From Parvularia atlantis (taxonomy: Eukaryota), in NCBI GenBank assembly GCA_943704415.1, contig CALSCO010000688.1:1-39384 (forward strand): DNA of 39,384 bases, given 5' to 3'. Every line of letters starts with the position of its first letter. Position 1 is the first letter of the stretch. The translations under genes were made by a program, and so were the position numbers. A model generated the notes under the pieces. That model had not been told where the DNA came from. It ran no database searches and was given only the letters and a program-made list of their open reading frames with translations. Shown here piece by piece: positions 22,432 to 34,562 of the stretch.

Positions 22432-23914
22432 ATGGACGTGGTTGCGCAGGCCCGCGACGCCGCCGCTGCGCTGCCGCCGGGGACGCGCGCCCTCGCCGCG
22501 GCCAGCGCCGTGCTCGCGCTGCTCGGCTGGGTCGCGACGGGCGCCGACGGCCGCGCGGCGCTGTGGCCGCACCTGGCCGCGTCCGGCTAGTGCGTGCCGC
22601 GCGTGCAGCGTAACGTTGCCCTCACGCGACGCGGGCACGGCGCAGCGTCCTCCCGCCGTCGATGAACGTCTGGGCTCTGCTGACGGCCGGCCTCTTCGAG
22701 TACAGCGTGCTGCAGGCGCGTGCCGCTGCTCCGTGCTGCTGCCGCAAGCTCACGGCGCACGACACGCGCGCGCGCAGCTGCTCGTCACCCTGCCGCTGCT
22801 CGTGCTCGCCGCGCGCTACCTCGAGGGCGTCTGGGGCACGCTCGAGCTGCTGCGGTTCGTGGCCATCGTCAACGCGGCCGCGGCCCTGCTCGTCATCGTC
22901 TTCCAGATCGTCGGCTACGCGCTCACCTTCGACCCGCTCGTGCTGTACGGCACGTACGTCAGCGGGCACGTACCGCTGCTGCTCGCCTTCCTTGTCGCGT
23001 TCAAGCAGCTCGTGCCCGAGCACACCGTCACCCTCGCCGAGCCTCTGCGCCTGCGCGCCAAGGACGCACCGCTGGCGGGCGTGGCGTTCGCGGTCGTCTT
23101 CTACCTGCTTACGGGCCGCGTCTTCCTGGCCATCTTCGCCGTCGCGGGCTTCTTCGCCGGGTGGGTCTACCTGCGCTTCTACCAGGTGCGTGGCACGCTG
23201 CGCCCGCGTGTGCGGCTCACCCCGGGAGGGCGCGCAGTACCGCGACGGCATCCGCGGCGACCGCAGCGAGACTTTCTCGTTCGCCATGTTCTTCCCCGAG
23301 CCGCTGCAGTGCGTTGCGGCCGGCCGCGCCGCCGCCGTGCGCCGACATCGCGCCGTGTTGCGCAGGCCGCTTGCCAAGGCCGCTGCAACGATGGTCTTCC
23401 GCATGCTCGTCGTCGTGCGCCTGTGCGACCGCGTCGAGCCGCGCACGCAGGAGGAGATCGAGATGGAGGAGGCGATCTTCGTGCGCAAGGACGCGCCGTC
23501 CGTGCTCGGCACCGAGACGTCCGACGCCGAGCGGCGGCGGTGTGGTGCACCGGCGCGCGACGGACGCGCGTGCTGACGCCTGGGGACGCCGCAGGCAGAA
23601 GGCCCTGCACGCGCTTGAGACGCGTCTCAACGCGCCCCCGCTGCCCGCGGCCAGCTCGCCCTCGAGCGCGGCGGCCACCACGCCGTCCGCGGCGCCGCAG
23701 CGGCCCGGCACCCCCTTCGCGCTCGCCCCGAGCGCCCCGGTTGCCGCGGCCATCCGCCCACCCACGGGACCGCCCGCGTCGTACACGGCCGTCACGCTCG
23801 TGCCCGCGTCGGACGCGCCCGCGTCGCCGGACCACGCCTCGTGCGTTTGCAGCCCGTGCGCGCGCGTGTCGCAAACGAGCTCACGCACGATACAGGACCG
23901 ACGCGGCCGCATGA
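22432..23914 (+). CDS. TMEM115: TMEM115 (rhomboid-like Golgi membrane protein, DUF1751)
   Basis: 6 introns. Motifs VWALLTAGLFE, RYLEGVWGTLELLRF, LVAFKQLVPEH, WVYLRFYQ, RGDRSETFSFAMFFPEPLQP, DAERRRQKALHALETRL. Confidence 0.9.
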
Positions 23915-24000
23915 GCTCGTTGGTGCGGCCGTCTGCAGCTGCTGTACAGGAATGTGTGCGTTGCTTTGTGTGTGCGGTGCATGCTCCTCCCCCCCGCGCG

Positions 24001-26242
24001 TCACGGGGCCGTCTGCTGCGTCATAAAGTCCAGCTGGCGCTTGACGTAGAAGAGCATATAGCTGCGCGCCGGCGCCCCACCGTCAGTCGCGCTCGCCCGC
24101 TCGCCCGCTCGCCCGCAGATACGCCACGCACGCGTTCGTCTGCAGCACCTCGCTCCCGTGCACCTTGGTGACTTTGTCGTCGTCGATCTTGAACCACTGC
24201 GCCCCGCAGTCGCTCAGCACCGCGCCTCCCGCACGCGTATGCGCGTCCGCGCACCTGCTCGTTGCTGAGCACGTAGATGACGTAGTGGCCGCTCTCGAGC
24301 GTGCCCAGGTGCGTGATGACCGCAAACAGCGCGTAGTCGTACCCGAGCAGCAGCGCCTTGGGCAGCCGCGGTGGCGTCTCGGCGTCGCTCGCCGCGCCCG
24401 ACAAATTGGCCGAGATGAACGGGCCGAGGTTGAGCGAGGTCGGGAAGGCGCTGAACGTGTCAATTTTGAGGCTGCTGGCGGCCGAGTGCTCGAAGCGCTG
24501 CGCGCGACAGTCGCCGCCGTCAGCGCGAGCCATGGACAACACGCGCGAGCGAGCGCGGACGCGCACCTTGATGTGGATCGTCAGCACGCATGGCGCCATC
24601 CAGATCGACAGTTGCTTGGTCGAGGCCTGGTACCCGCCGCAGTTGTCGCAGCGCACGTCGGTGCTCCCGAGGCGCTCGGGCCGCGTGAACCGCCGCAGGC
24701 AGTCCATGAGCGCGTTGTTGTCGTCGTCGTCGCCGTGGCCGTTGCTGCGCGACGTGAGCGCCACGGAGATGTCGAAGAAGGGGTCGCGGGCTGCGGCGTT
24801 TGCACATGCGTGAGAGCGCTGCGATGCGATGCGAGTGCCGCACCGGTCGACACGTTGCCGCAGTTAAGGCAGGTCACGTCCGACTTGAGGATGCCCTTGA
24901 AGACGCGGTGCACGACGCACGTGCAGTCGCTCGGCGAGCCTGCGCCGCGGAGGCGTGGGCGTGCTGCAGTGCGGGCGCGTGCACGCCGCGCACCGTTGCA
25001 ATGCGAGTGCAGCCCGTTGAGCACGGTGATGAAGAACTCGTGCGCGTCCTGCTGCTCGTACCCGGCCAGCTCGCTCGAGAACGTCCACATGGCGTGCAGG
25101 AACTGGTGCGGCGCGAACGGCGCCTCCTGGCCCGAGAAGCACTGCGCGCGCGCGGCGCGGATCAGGCGATCGTGAAGCGGGTCATGCACGCGCGCACCTG
25201 CATGAACAGGTCGTCCGTCAGGCACGCCAGGCACACGACCGCGGCCTGCGGGTCTTGCTGCTGGCGGATCGGGCACGTGCGCGGGCTGCGCGCGCGGCGC
25301 GTGAGCAGCGCGCAACATCGCGCAACAGCGCAGGACGCACTTGTGCCCGTCCGTGAGGAAGTACGAGCGCATGAGCGGGTTGTGCAGCAGCGCCTGCAGG
25401 ATCGAGTTCATGAAGCACGTCGAGCCGAGGTTGTACAGCCCGCGCAGCCCTGCTGCGGGTGCGCGCGGGCGGCCCGTGAGCGACACGACAGCCGCCCATC
25501 GTGCCCCGAGGGGGCGCCGCACGCCACCGCTGCACTTGCGCACGACGCCGTCGCGGCGGATCGCGTCCCGGTCGCGCTCGCTCAGGCTCGCCAGCTGGTA
25601 CCGCGCGCGCTTGAGCACGCGCCCCGAGTCGAGCGACCACGTGTCTGGTGGCCAGCCGCGGCGGTGAGTGAGACACGGGCCGTATCGAGCGCGAGGCAGC
25701 AGCCGCACAGGCCCGCGCCGACAAGCCCTCGTCGTACAGCGCGCGCTGCTGCTGCCGCACGAGCCGCTCAAAGTCGGTGTCGTAGACGTAGTCGCGACAG
25801 GCGAGGCAGAACAGGCTCTTGCTCGTGAGGTCGAGCGCTGCGCGCGCGTTCCGCGTCAGCCAGAGCGCAACCAACGCGACAGTCTGTCGGCCGACGCGCA
25901 CCAAAGTTGTGCTGCTGCTCGGCCAGGTGCGCGGCGATGTGCGCGCCGCCGCACGCGAGCGACACGCACTGCAGGCACGCGTGCACGCGCCGGCTGTGCC
26001 CGCACACGCCGCAGTTGACCGGCGGCAGCTGCGCGTCGCGTCGCTCGGTCGGTCGCGTGCGTCGTGGAGGCAGGCAAACATACCTTGGCGTCGACCCCGC
26101 CCGCCGGCAGCAGCGGCAGAAGCACCGCGTCGGCCGCGCCCGCCGCCGTCTCGGTCCAGCGCAGGACGGTGGCCAGCGCCGCGAGCGCGCGCCTATCGCC
26201 GCGCAGGCGCGCCGTGTGCGCACACGCCGACGTCGCCATCAT
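24001..26242 (-). CDS. USP22: SAGA deubiquitinase USP22/Ubp8 (ZnF-UBP + peptidase C19)
   Basis: ZnF CGVC...HACLQCV...FCLACRDYVYD; Cys box GLRGLYNLGSTCFMNSILQAL; LAGYEQQDAHEFF; His box HLGTLESGHY; WFKIDD; AYMLFY. Confidence 0.92.
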
Positions 26243-26275
26243 CAACTGATTGCGCCGGTTGCGCGGCAGCGAGGC

Positions 26276-27417
26276 TCACAGGTACAGCGGGTTGCTCGTG
26301 CGGCGCGGCATGCGGCGTGACCACGCGCGGTGGTACTTGCGCAGGACCTCGCCCACGTTGTTCTTCTCGGCCAGGGGCAGGCGCAGCAGCGCCGGCTCGA
26401 ACGCAAGCAGCGTCGGCAGGGTCATCTGCGCGTCGGCGTCCCTCGCCTCGAGCAGCGAGAGGTACATGCGCCCGGGGATGTTGCGCAGCTGACACTGCCC
26501 GCATGTGCGCACAAGCTCGTTGTTAAGACCACGCTCGCCCACATTCAGCCGCGACGCACGTGCGTCAGCAGCGCCGCGCTCGGGCCCTCGACCACGTTGG
26601 GCGACTCGAGGAACGGCGCAATCGGCGCGCGCCCGGCCGACGACGTGTGCAGCACGCGCAGCAGCGGTGGCACGGCCTCGTCCTCCTGCATCACCTCGCG
26701 GTCGACGATGTAGCTGGCCGGACGCAGCGACTCGAGGAGCGTGATACTGTTGGCCGCGTCAGCCGTCCCTCTGCAGCGCACGCTGGCGCACCTCTGCGGG
26801 CTCACACTCGCCATCACCACGGCCGCCCAGTGGAACGCGCGCTCGACGGGGATGGGCCCGCGGCACAGCATCACCAGCGCCGTGTTGCGCTCGTCCACGC
26901 CGAACAGCTCGCACACGGCGTCCTCGGGCGCCTTGCTGGCGCGCTGCCCCTCGACGGCCGTCTCCTCGCCGTACAGGTGCTGCAAGCGAGGCGTGAGCGC
27001 GCCGCGGCACACGAACGGCGCAGCCGCGCACCGGCACAGGCGGCACGGTCAGCGCGCCGAGGCGGCGCTTGATCGGGAAGACGGCGTCGAGCGCGTGCTC
27101 GCCGGGCCCGTTGAAGCCGACGACGAGCGCGGTCGTCGCGAGGGGTCTGCCATCCCTGGGCGCGGTCGCGGCGGTTTCCCACTGAGCGCGTGACGCGCGC
27201 GCGTGTCACGCACGACCCATGCGCATCGCGAGTCGCGCACCTTCCACTTGAGGTCGCCCTCGCACAGCGCTGTGAGCACCTGCCGCACGGGGCGCGCACC
27301 CACTAGCACGTCCGCGTCGTCCTCGTCCGCCTCGGCGCCGTACAGCCGCGCGCGAAAGAGCGGCGCGGGCGCTTCAGCCTCGTCGTCCGAGTCGGACGTC
27401 AGCACATCGTCCGGCAT
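26276..27417 (-). CDS. PSMG1: Proteasome assembly chaperone 1 (PAC1)
   Basis: 4 introns. [26 protein letters not shown] ~ human [34 protein letters not shown]-terminal HbYX motif LYL*; acidic N-terminus. Confidence 0.85.
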
Positions 27418-27650
27418 GCTGCAAAGCGCGTGATGCGCCCGCCGGCCATGTGCGCGACCGCGTGGCCGCTTCACGTCCCTCACTTTTTTTTTCCTTCCTT
27501 CGCCCTCCCCGGGGCCTCTCGCACGCGCCTCGTGCCGCGCGCGACCGCCCGCCGCCGCGCGTCACACGGTGCCCGTCTCACCCCGCCCCGCCGTGCGCGC
27601 GCGCGCCAACGCAGAGTCCCGGGCATTCGCAGTCCCCCGCTCGCACACCC

Positions 27651-29866
27651 ATGGCCACCCTCGAGGAGTTTGACGGCGCCATCGGCATCGACCTCGGCAC
27701 GACCTACTCGTGCGTCGGCGTGTGGATGCAGGACCGCGTCGAGATCATCGCCAACGACCAGGTGCGCGCCGTGCCCGCCGTGCCCGCTGTTGGCCGCTGA
27801 CGAGGGCGCCGCGACAGGGCAACCGCACCACGCCCTCGTACGTCGCCTTCACCGAGAACGAGCGCCTGATCGGCGACGCGGCCAAGAACCAGTCGGCCAT
27901 GAACCCGAAGAACACGGTCTTTGACGCCAAGCGCCTGATCGGCCGCCGCTTCAACGACGCGTCGGTGAAGAGTGCGTGCGGCCGCGTGCCCATTGTTTAT
28001 TTCCCGCGCCGGTCGCTCACGCCGCCGCGACGCACGCGCGCAGAGGACATGGTCAACTGGCCGTTCACGGTGATTGAGAAGGACGAGAAGCCGTTCATCC
28101 AGGTCGAGTACCAGAAGGAGACGCGCGAGTTCAGCCCCGAGGAGATCTCGTCGATGGTGCTGATCAAGATGAAGGAGACGGCCGAGGCGTACCTGGGCAA
28201 GACCGTCAAGAAGTCGGTCATCACCGTGCCGGCCTACTTCAACGACGCGCAGCGCCAGGTGCGTTGCCCGTGCTTGCGGCTCCCGGCTCGCAGTGACGGC
28301 TGACGCGCACGCGCACGCGCACGCACACGCACACCAGGCCACGAAGGACGCCGGCCTCATCTCGGGCATGGAGGTCCTGCGCATCATCAACGAGCCCACG
28401 GCCGCGGCCATCGCGTACGGCCTCGACTCGGCCAACGACAAGAAGAAGAAGGAGCGCACGGTGCTCATCTTCGACCTCGGCGGCGGCACGTTCGACGTGT
28501 CCCTGCTCACGATCGACTCGGGCATCTTCACGGTCAAGGCCACGGCCGGTGACACGCACCTGGGCGGCGAGGACTTTGACAACCGCATGGTCGAGTACTT
28601 CAAGGGCGAGTTCAAGAAGAAGCACAAGAAGGACCTGAGCGAGAGCGCGCGCGCCGTCCGGCGCCTGCGCACGGCCTGCGAGCGTGCCAAGCGCAACCTC
28701 TCGGCCGCGACGCAGACCTCGATCGAGATCGACTCGCTGTTCGAGGGCATCGACTTTGCCGCGACGATCACCCGCGCCAAGTTTGAGGAGCTGTGCATGG
28801 ACCTGTTTACGGGCTGCATCGACCCGGTCGACAAGGTGCTCAAGGACGCCAAGTACAAGAAGGAGGCGGTCGACGACATCGTGCTCGTCGGTGGCTCGAC
28901 GCGCATCCCCAAGATCCAGTCGCTGCTGCAGGTGCGGTGCCGCTTGCTTTTTTTTGTTTTTGTTGGGGGGCGTGCTGTGGTCGTCTCACGCGCCGCCCGC
29001 GCGTCGTGCAGGACTTCTTCAAGGGCAAGGCGCTCAACCGCTCGATCAACCCTGACGAGGCCGTGGCCTACGGCGCCGCCGTCCAGGCCGCCGTGATCAT
29101 GGGCAAGCAGAACGAGAAGACTGAGAACCTGCTGCTGCTGGACGTCGTGCCGCTGTCGCTCGGCGTGGAGATGCAGGGCGGCGTGATGGCCGTCGTCGTC
29201 CCGCGCAACACGCCCATCCCGACCATCAAGAAGAAGGTGTTCACCACGACCGAGGACCGCCAGACCACGGTTGAGTTCCCGATCTACGAGGGCGAGCGCC
29301 CCATGTGCCGCGACAACAACCTCCTCGGCCGCTTTGAGCTGACGGGCATCCCACCCGCACCGCGCGAGACGCCCGAGCTTGAGGTCACGTTTGACCTCGA
29401 CGCCAACGGCATCCTCCACGTCACGGCCGAGGACCGCGGCACACACCGCAAGAACGACATCGTCATCAAGAACGACTCGGCACGCCTCTCCTCAGCCGAC
29501 ATCTCGCGCATGCTTGCCGACGCCGAGAAGTTCAAGGAGGAGGACCGCAAGAACCGCGAGCGCGTCGCCGCCCGCGACGGCCTCAAGCACTACATCTACC
29601 AGGTCCAGGACTCGCTCAACGACCCTCAGGTCCTCCTGAAGATGTCGGGCGACGTTGATGCCCTGACCGAGGCGCTCAACGAGACGCTCGTCTGGCTCGA
29701 CACGGACGAGACGGCCGACAAGGTGTGGCGCGCGCCCAGTCCCCTGTCGCGCTGCTCGTGCTCATGCGTGCCCCGCCCGGCCCCGCAGAACGACATCGCC
29801 GCCAAGCAGAAGGCGCTCGAGAAGAAGGTTGGCCCGGCGATGGGCCGTCTGTACAACCGGAAGTGA
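27651..29866 (+). CDS. SSB1: Cytosolic Hsp70, ribosome-associated SSB type
   Basis: 5 introns. Motifs [39 protein letters not shown]...[18 protein letters not shown]...[13 protein letters not shown]. Ends AMGRLYNRK with no EEVD. Hsp70 call is certain; SSB subtype is likely. Confidence 0.85.
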
Positions 29867-29977
29867 GCGGTGGCCGCCCTCTGCCCTGTTCTCTTTGAGT
29901 GTCGTTGCTTCCTGTCCCACGCACACCGCACTGGCTCGCATTGCACGTACGCACGCGGCGCAAAACACGCGCACCGT

Positions 29978-32124
29978 CTACGCGATAACGACGGCCTTGC
30001 TCGTGTCGAGCACTGCGCGCCGGTTGTGTGTCAGCCGCAGACGGGCCGACGCAGACAGGCCGACACAGACGGCGCACCGTAAAACTTGTTGTAGCCGGGG
30101 CCGTTGAGGTCGCGCCGCGTGATGAACGAGTGCGTGGCCAGGCCCGAGCCGGTCGCGCTCACGGCCTCCCACAGCGACATCCAAAAGCCGTACTCGAGGT
30201 CACTGTAGCCAGCGTTGCGCGCCGCGCTCACGCCCTCGCCCTGCTGCGCCGTCAGCGCCCGCCGGCCCCGTCGCTGCCACCACCACGCGCCTTGATCGCG
30301 AAGAAGGCGTTGATGCAGCGCAGCGACGAGCGCGGCGGCTCCTTGTCCGAGCCGTCGGCGGCCGCAAACGTGCCGATGCACACGTCGCCGTACTGCGGCA
30401 GCGGCTGCCACAACGTGACGTCGTTCCTGGTGGAGCGCGTGCGCGTGTGAGCTGAGAGGGATGCGCGCGACAGCCACCCGCCGCGCACTCGCGCATGAAG
30501 AACCTGGCGTTGGTCCAGATGCGCTCAAAGGCGATCGGCTGGCGCACGATCACACCGTCGTCAAACACGACCGGCACGCTGTAAGTCGGGGCGCTGTCCG
30601 GCGCGCGTACGCGTGTCAGCTGCGAGCCGCCGTCAGTGTGCGCGCTAGAAACGCACTCGTAGCCCTGTACGACGACGTCGCCGAGCGGCACGTAGCCAGC
30701 CGGCGCCACGGGCTGGGCGCGCGTCAGGGCCTACGTGGCGCGCATGCCAGTCACGCACGCGCACCCGCCAGATCGAGTGCGACTGCAGCGCGACGTTGAT
30801 CTCGCCCGATGTGTCGTACACGCGCGTGAACTGGCTCACGAGTTGTACGCGCAGCTCGCCGGCCGGCGGCGACGGCGGCACGTAGCCACGCAGGGCCTCG
30901 TACACGGGTGTGGCGATCCAGCTGTCGGGCGCGCGCAGGCCGAGCACGGCGATCGCGGTGGCGCTGAGGTCGTACACGCGGACCTCGCGCGCGATTGTCT
31001 GGTTGTTGTTGATTCGGTAGCCGCTGACGATGAAGCTGAGGCGCGGCCAGTCAAAACCGCTTGTTTACGCGTCTCACGCGTCCGTGACACACGGGATGTT
31101 GCGGAACGGCTGCGCGTCGCGACCGTGGCCGCCTGCTCGCCCACTCAGCTGCCTGCGCGGTTGTGCGCGCACTCTCACGCACCGTTCTGGCCGCCACCGT
31201 GGTCGGCGCAGATCAGGATCACCGTGTCATCCCACAGGCCCACGCTGCGGTACGCCTCGACGACCTCGCCGACGAGCTGGTCCGCATACTCGATCGCCTG
31301 CTCGTGCCCGTGAGCCCGCGCGGCGCAGGTAGGGGGCAGCGTGCCTCAAAGTACGTCGGCGAGCCCCAGAACGAGCCGTGGCCCGCGCCGTCGACGTGGT
31401 CGAGGTGGATGCTGCGCGCGCGCGCGGCGGTGAGCAGAGCCGCGCGGCCTGGCAGACCGAGCGCACAAGAGCATGTCCGGGCGCTCGGCCTTGGCCCAGG
31501 CGATGGCCGCGTCGGTTGTCTGGCGCTCGTTGCCGGGACTCTGCTTGATGTCGAGCACGGGCTCGTCCTCGATCAGGCGCCCGAAGCCGCTCCTGGGCGT
31601 GTTTCATCCGCGCGAGTGAGCCGCAATCAAGCGCGTCTACGGGCGCGGACCAGTGGTAGAACGCGCCGATCTTGGCCGAGGGCACCTGCTCGCGCAAGAC
31701 CGCGAACATGGACGGCGTCTGCACCGAGTCGCCGCGCTCCCAGCCGTTGGTGTAGACGCCGTGCTGGTCGGGACCGGCGCCGCCGACCATCGAGAACCAG
31801 TTCTGCGAGCTGCTCGTGCCGATCACGTTCTGCGCGTGCACAGGGCACGTTGGTTGCTGTCGCGCTGCACACGCGCGCGCGCCCCGCACGCACCTGCATC
31901 TGCAGCGTCGCCGTGCCGTTGGCGATCAGGCCCTTCATGACGGGCGCGTTGGCAGTGGCGAGCCAGTCCTGCGCCCCCGCGCGCGCCGCTCAGCCTCGCG
32001 CGTCGCGCGCATCGCACGCCGCACGCACGCCGCCGAGGCCGTCAATGCCGATGACGAGCACGCGCACGGCCGCGGCCGGGGCGGCGAACAGGGCGAGCAG
32101 GGCGAGGGCGACGGCGGCGCGCAT
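29978..32124 (-). CDS. Secreted alkaline-phosphatase-superfamily (type I phosphodiesterase-like) protein with C-terminal Vps62-like domain
   Basis: Signal peptide MRAAVALALLALFAAPAAA; VLVIGIDG; TSSSQNWFSMVGGAGPDQHGV; IHLDHVDGAGH; ICADHGG; then SIWRPVAPAGYVPLGDVV, PIAFERIW, VTLWQPLP, LRCIN. About 12 introns, two of them GC-AG. Confidence 0.85.
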
Positions 32125-32189
32125 GGCTCGGCACGTGGCAGTCTGACACAAAGCGATTGGCCGCGCGTCCTACCCACGTGACACCCAGC

Positions 32190-33215
32190 ATGGCAGCGCG
32201 CGCAGTCCTCCTCGTCTTGGCCGCGCTCGTCGCGGGGGCGCTCGCCGCCGCCGCCGACCGCGGCCGCCTCGAGGGCCGGCTCGTGCGGAACCACCTGCTC
32301 GTCGGTGCGCGCGTGCTGCACCCGCGCTTGCTAGTGTGTGTGACGGCCGCGCCGCAGACGTCGCCACGCTACCCGCGAGCACGCGCGTCGTGCTCAATGG
32401 CGGCGAGTATGTCGGCTTTGTGCGCGAGGACGGCAGCTTCGCCATGTGCGGCGGGCGCTGGCGTGTGCACGTGCGCGTGCGCGGGGTGGCTGAGCGCGCC
32501 GCACGCTCAGCAACAACGTGCCCTCGGGCGTGCATGTGCTCGAGGTCCAGTGCGTCACGCACGCGTTCGACAAGGTGCGCGCACCCACCACGGTCGAGGG
32601 GCGCTAGGGCTGCTCACGCGCCGCGCCAGCTGCGCGTCGACTTCTCCGCGAGCGAGAAGACCAAGCCGCGCGTGACGCTGGTGCAGCTCGGCGCCGACGA
32701 CGCCACCGCGCAGGAGCTGCCGTACCCGGTGCGGATGGAGGCGCGGGCGGCGCTCGAGTACTTTGTGGTGCGGTCGTGCGCTCGCGCCTGGTGCATCGCC
32801 ACGCCTGAGTGCCGCGCCGTCGCAGAAACGCGAGGGCTGGAACGCGATGTCGTTCCTGGGCAACCCGATGATGATCATGGTCGCGGTCATGTTCGGCATG
32901 GCCTACATCCTGCCCAAGCTGACCGAGGGCATGGGTGCGCGACGCCGCATGGCAGCCCTGTGCTGCCGCCTGACGCACCGGCCGGCCGTGCATAGACCCC
33001 GAGGCGCTCAAGGAGGCGCAGCAGCAGCAGGCGCAGATGCTCCGCGGCGTGACGGTGCAGCCTCGCGCCTGCACAGGCCCAGCTCACGCGCGCGCGCGCA
33101 TGCTCAGGGCGGCGGCGCGGGTGGCACGGACATCTCGCAGCGCCTCGCGACCATGTTCAACGACGGCGAGGGCGCGGCGGCGCAGTCGTCCACGCCGAAG
33201 AAGAAGTCCAAGTGA
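32190..33215 (+). CDS. EMC7: ER membrane protein complex subunit 7
   Basis: Signal peptide; YVGFVREDGSFAINNVPSG; LPYPVRM; YFVKREGW...GNPMMIMV...ILPKL...DPEALKE. Confidence 0.92.
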
Positions 33216-33340
33216 TGGGCGTTGTGCGCGCGCGCGCGCTGTACAAAGGGAAAACGGGCGCTGTCTCTGGCAGGTGGGGGTTGCGGGCTGCGAAGCGGAT
33301 CGATCGATGCTCTAGCAAGGCTCTGGGGCGGCCGCCAGGG

Positions 33341-34000
33341 TTACCTCGTCGCCGACCACTGTTCGTTGAGTCGCTCGGTCTCCTCATTCAGCAGCTCCTC
33401 GCGGTCGCGCTTCGTCGGCGCGTAGTGCATGGCGAGGCACGCAAACACGAGGCCGAGCAGCTTATGCGCCGTGCGTGTCAGCGGGGACAACGCAGCAGCG
33501 CTGATGTGTGTGCGGCGGCGCACCTGCACAAAGCTCGCCGCCAGTCCCGTTATCCTCACGTCGTTGAGCGCCTCGAAGTTGATCGCGTACAGCGGCTCCT
33601 GGCACCCCTCCGTGGGCGCGTCGTCGCCGACGGTGAGTAGCTCGACGCAGTTGCTCGGCACGGGGAAGTCTGTCACGTTCCAAAAGCCGCAGCAAAAGTA
33701 CTGGCGGGACGGCGTCAGCAGCGCGCAGCTGGTCGCGCCCCGCGCCCGCCGCAGCGCACGTTCGACTCGATCGCGTACAGGCTCGACGCGGTCGTGTCGC
33801 CCTTGGCGTACTCGTTCTGCCAGGCCTCGTAGAGGCTGACGTTGATCTGCGCGCCCCGCGCCGCCGCACCGTGAGCACGGGCCGCGCCCCTCCCCCTTCG
33901 CACGACGCGGCGCGCAGCACCTGCTGCTCGTCCGAGTAGAACGTGATGACCGTGAGCGAGAACACGACGCAGATGCTGACGACGAGGGTGAAGATGTACT

Positions 34001-34042
<42 letters not shown>

Positions 34043-34461
34043 TCAGCGTCAGCGTGCGGGTGGGCGGACAGCACGGCGCGCTCACCAGGCCCATCAGCCG
34101 CGCGCTCTCACGCGTGGAGCTGTACCACCCGAGGAACGAGACGGCGAAGATGAACACGCCGATGACGATAAAAGCTGCGGCGTCAAGTGTGAGGAGCGCG
34201 CGCGCGGCCCGGCGGCGAGCGGCGGCGCACAGACGGGCAGGATGGACGCGAGCACGTTGAGCGGGTTGGCCAGGAACGCCCAGGTCGAGAAGCCGATGAG
34301 CACGCAGCCGGTGCCCTGTGCGACGCGCGCGGTCGCGCGTTCGGCGGCTCGCTCTGGTCAGGCAACGGGCGGACGCGCACCAGGAAGATGAGGCTGAACC
34401 AGTAGACCGCGCCGCGCCACTTCTCAAACTGCTCGGCGCGCCGCCGCCAGTTGGACGCCAT
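33341..34461 (-). CDS. Tetraspanin
   Basis: Four TM segments (…IGVFIFAVSFLGW…) and a large extracellular loop with CCG, PSNC and GC. 6 introns. Confidence 0.88.
34001..34042. repeat. (GGC)n/(GCC)n microsatellite, ~14 units, at the 3' end of a tetraspanin intron
   Basis: Direct reading; sits between the branch-like CTGAC and the CAG acceptor on the minus strand. Confidence 0.9.
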
Positions 34462-34562
34462 GGTTCGCGGCTGCGCTTGCGGTTGCACTGGGCGGGCGCA
34501 CGGGGAGCGGCCGGTTCGGCACAGGGAACTTCCCAGCAATGCCGAGCCAGGCTAGTTCCAGC

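Noticed and set aside
21644..23914. Very long ORFs from the track (756 aa at 21644+, 786 aa at 33462-, 580 aa at 27704-, 377 aa at 17670-)
   Set aside because: They are largely antisense or frame-crossing shadows caused by stop-codon scarcity at high GC. The spliced genes explain the codon periodicity.
3820..27417. Two proteasome assembly chaperones (PSMD9, PSMG1) as a functional cluster
   Set aside because: They are over 21 kb apart and separated by unrelated housekeeping genes; compatible with chance.
7434..32185. GTCAC/GTGAC core (HomolD or Ohler motif-1-like) in several divergent promoters
   Set aside because: The 5-mer is also common in introns and CDS here; enrichment cannot be shown without counting.
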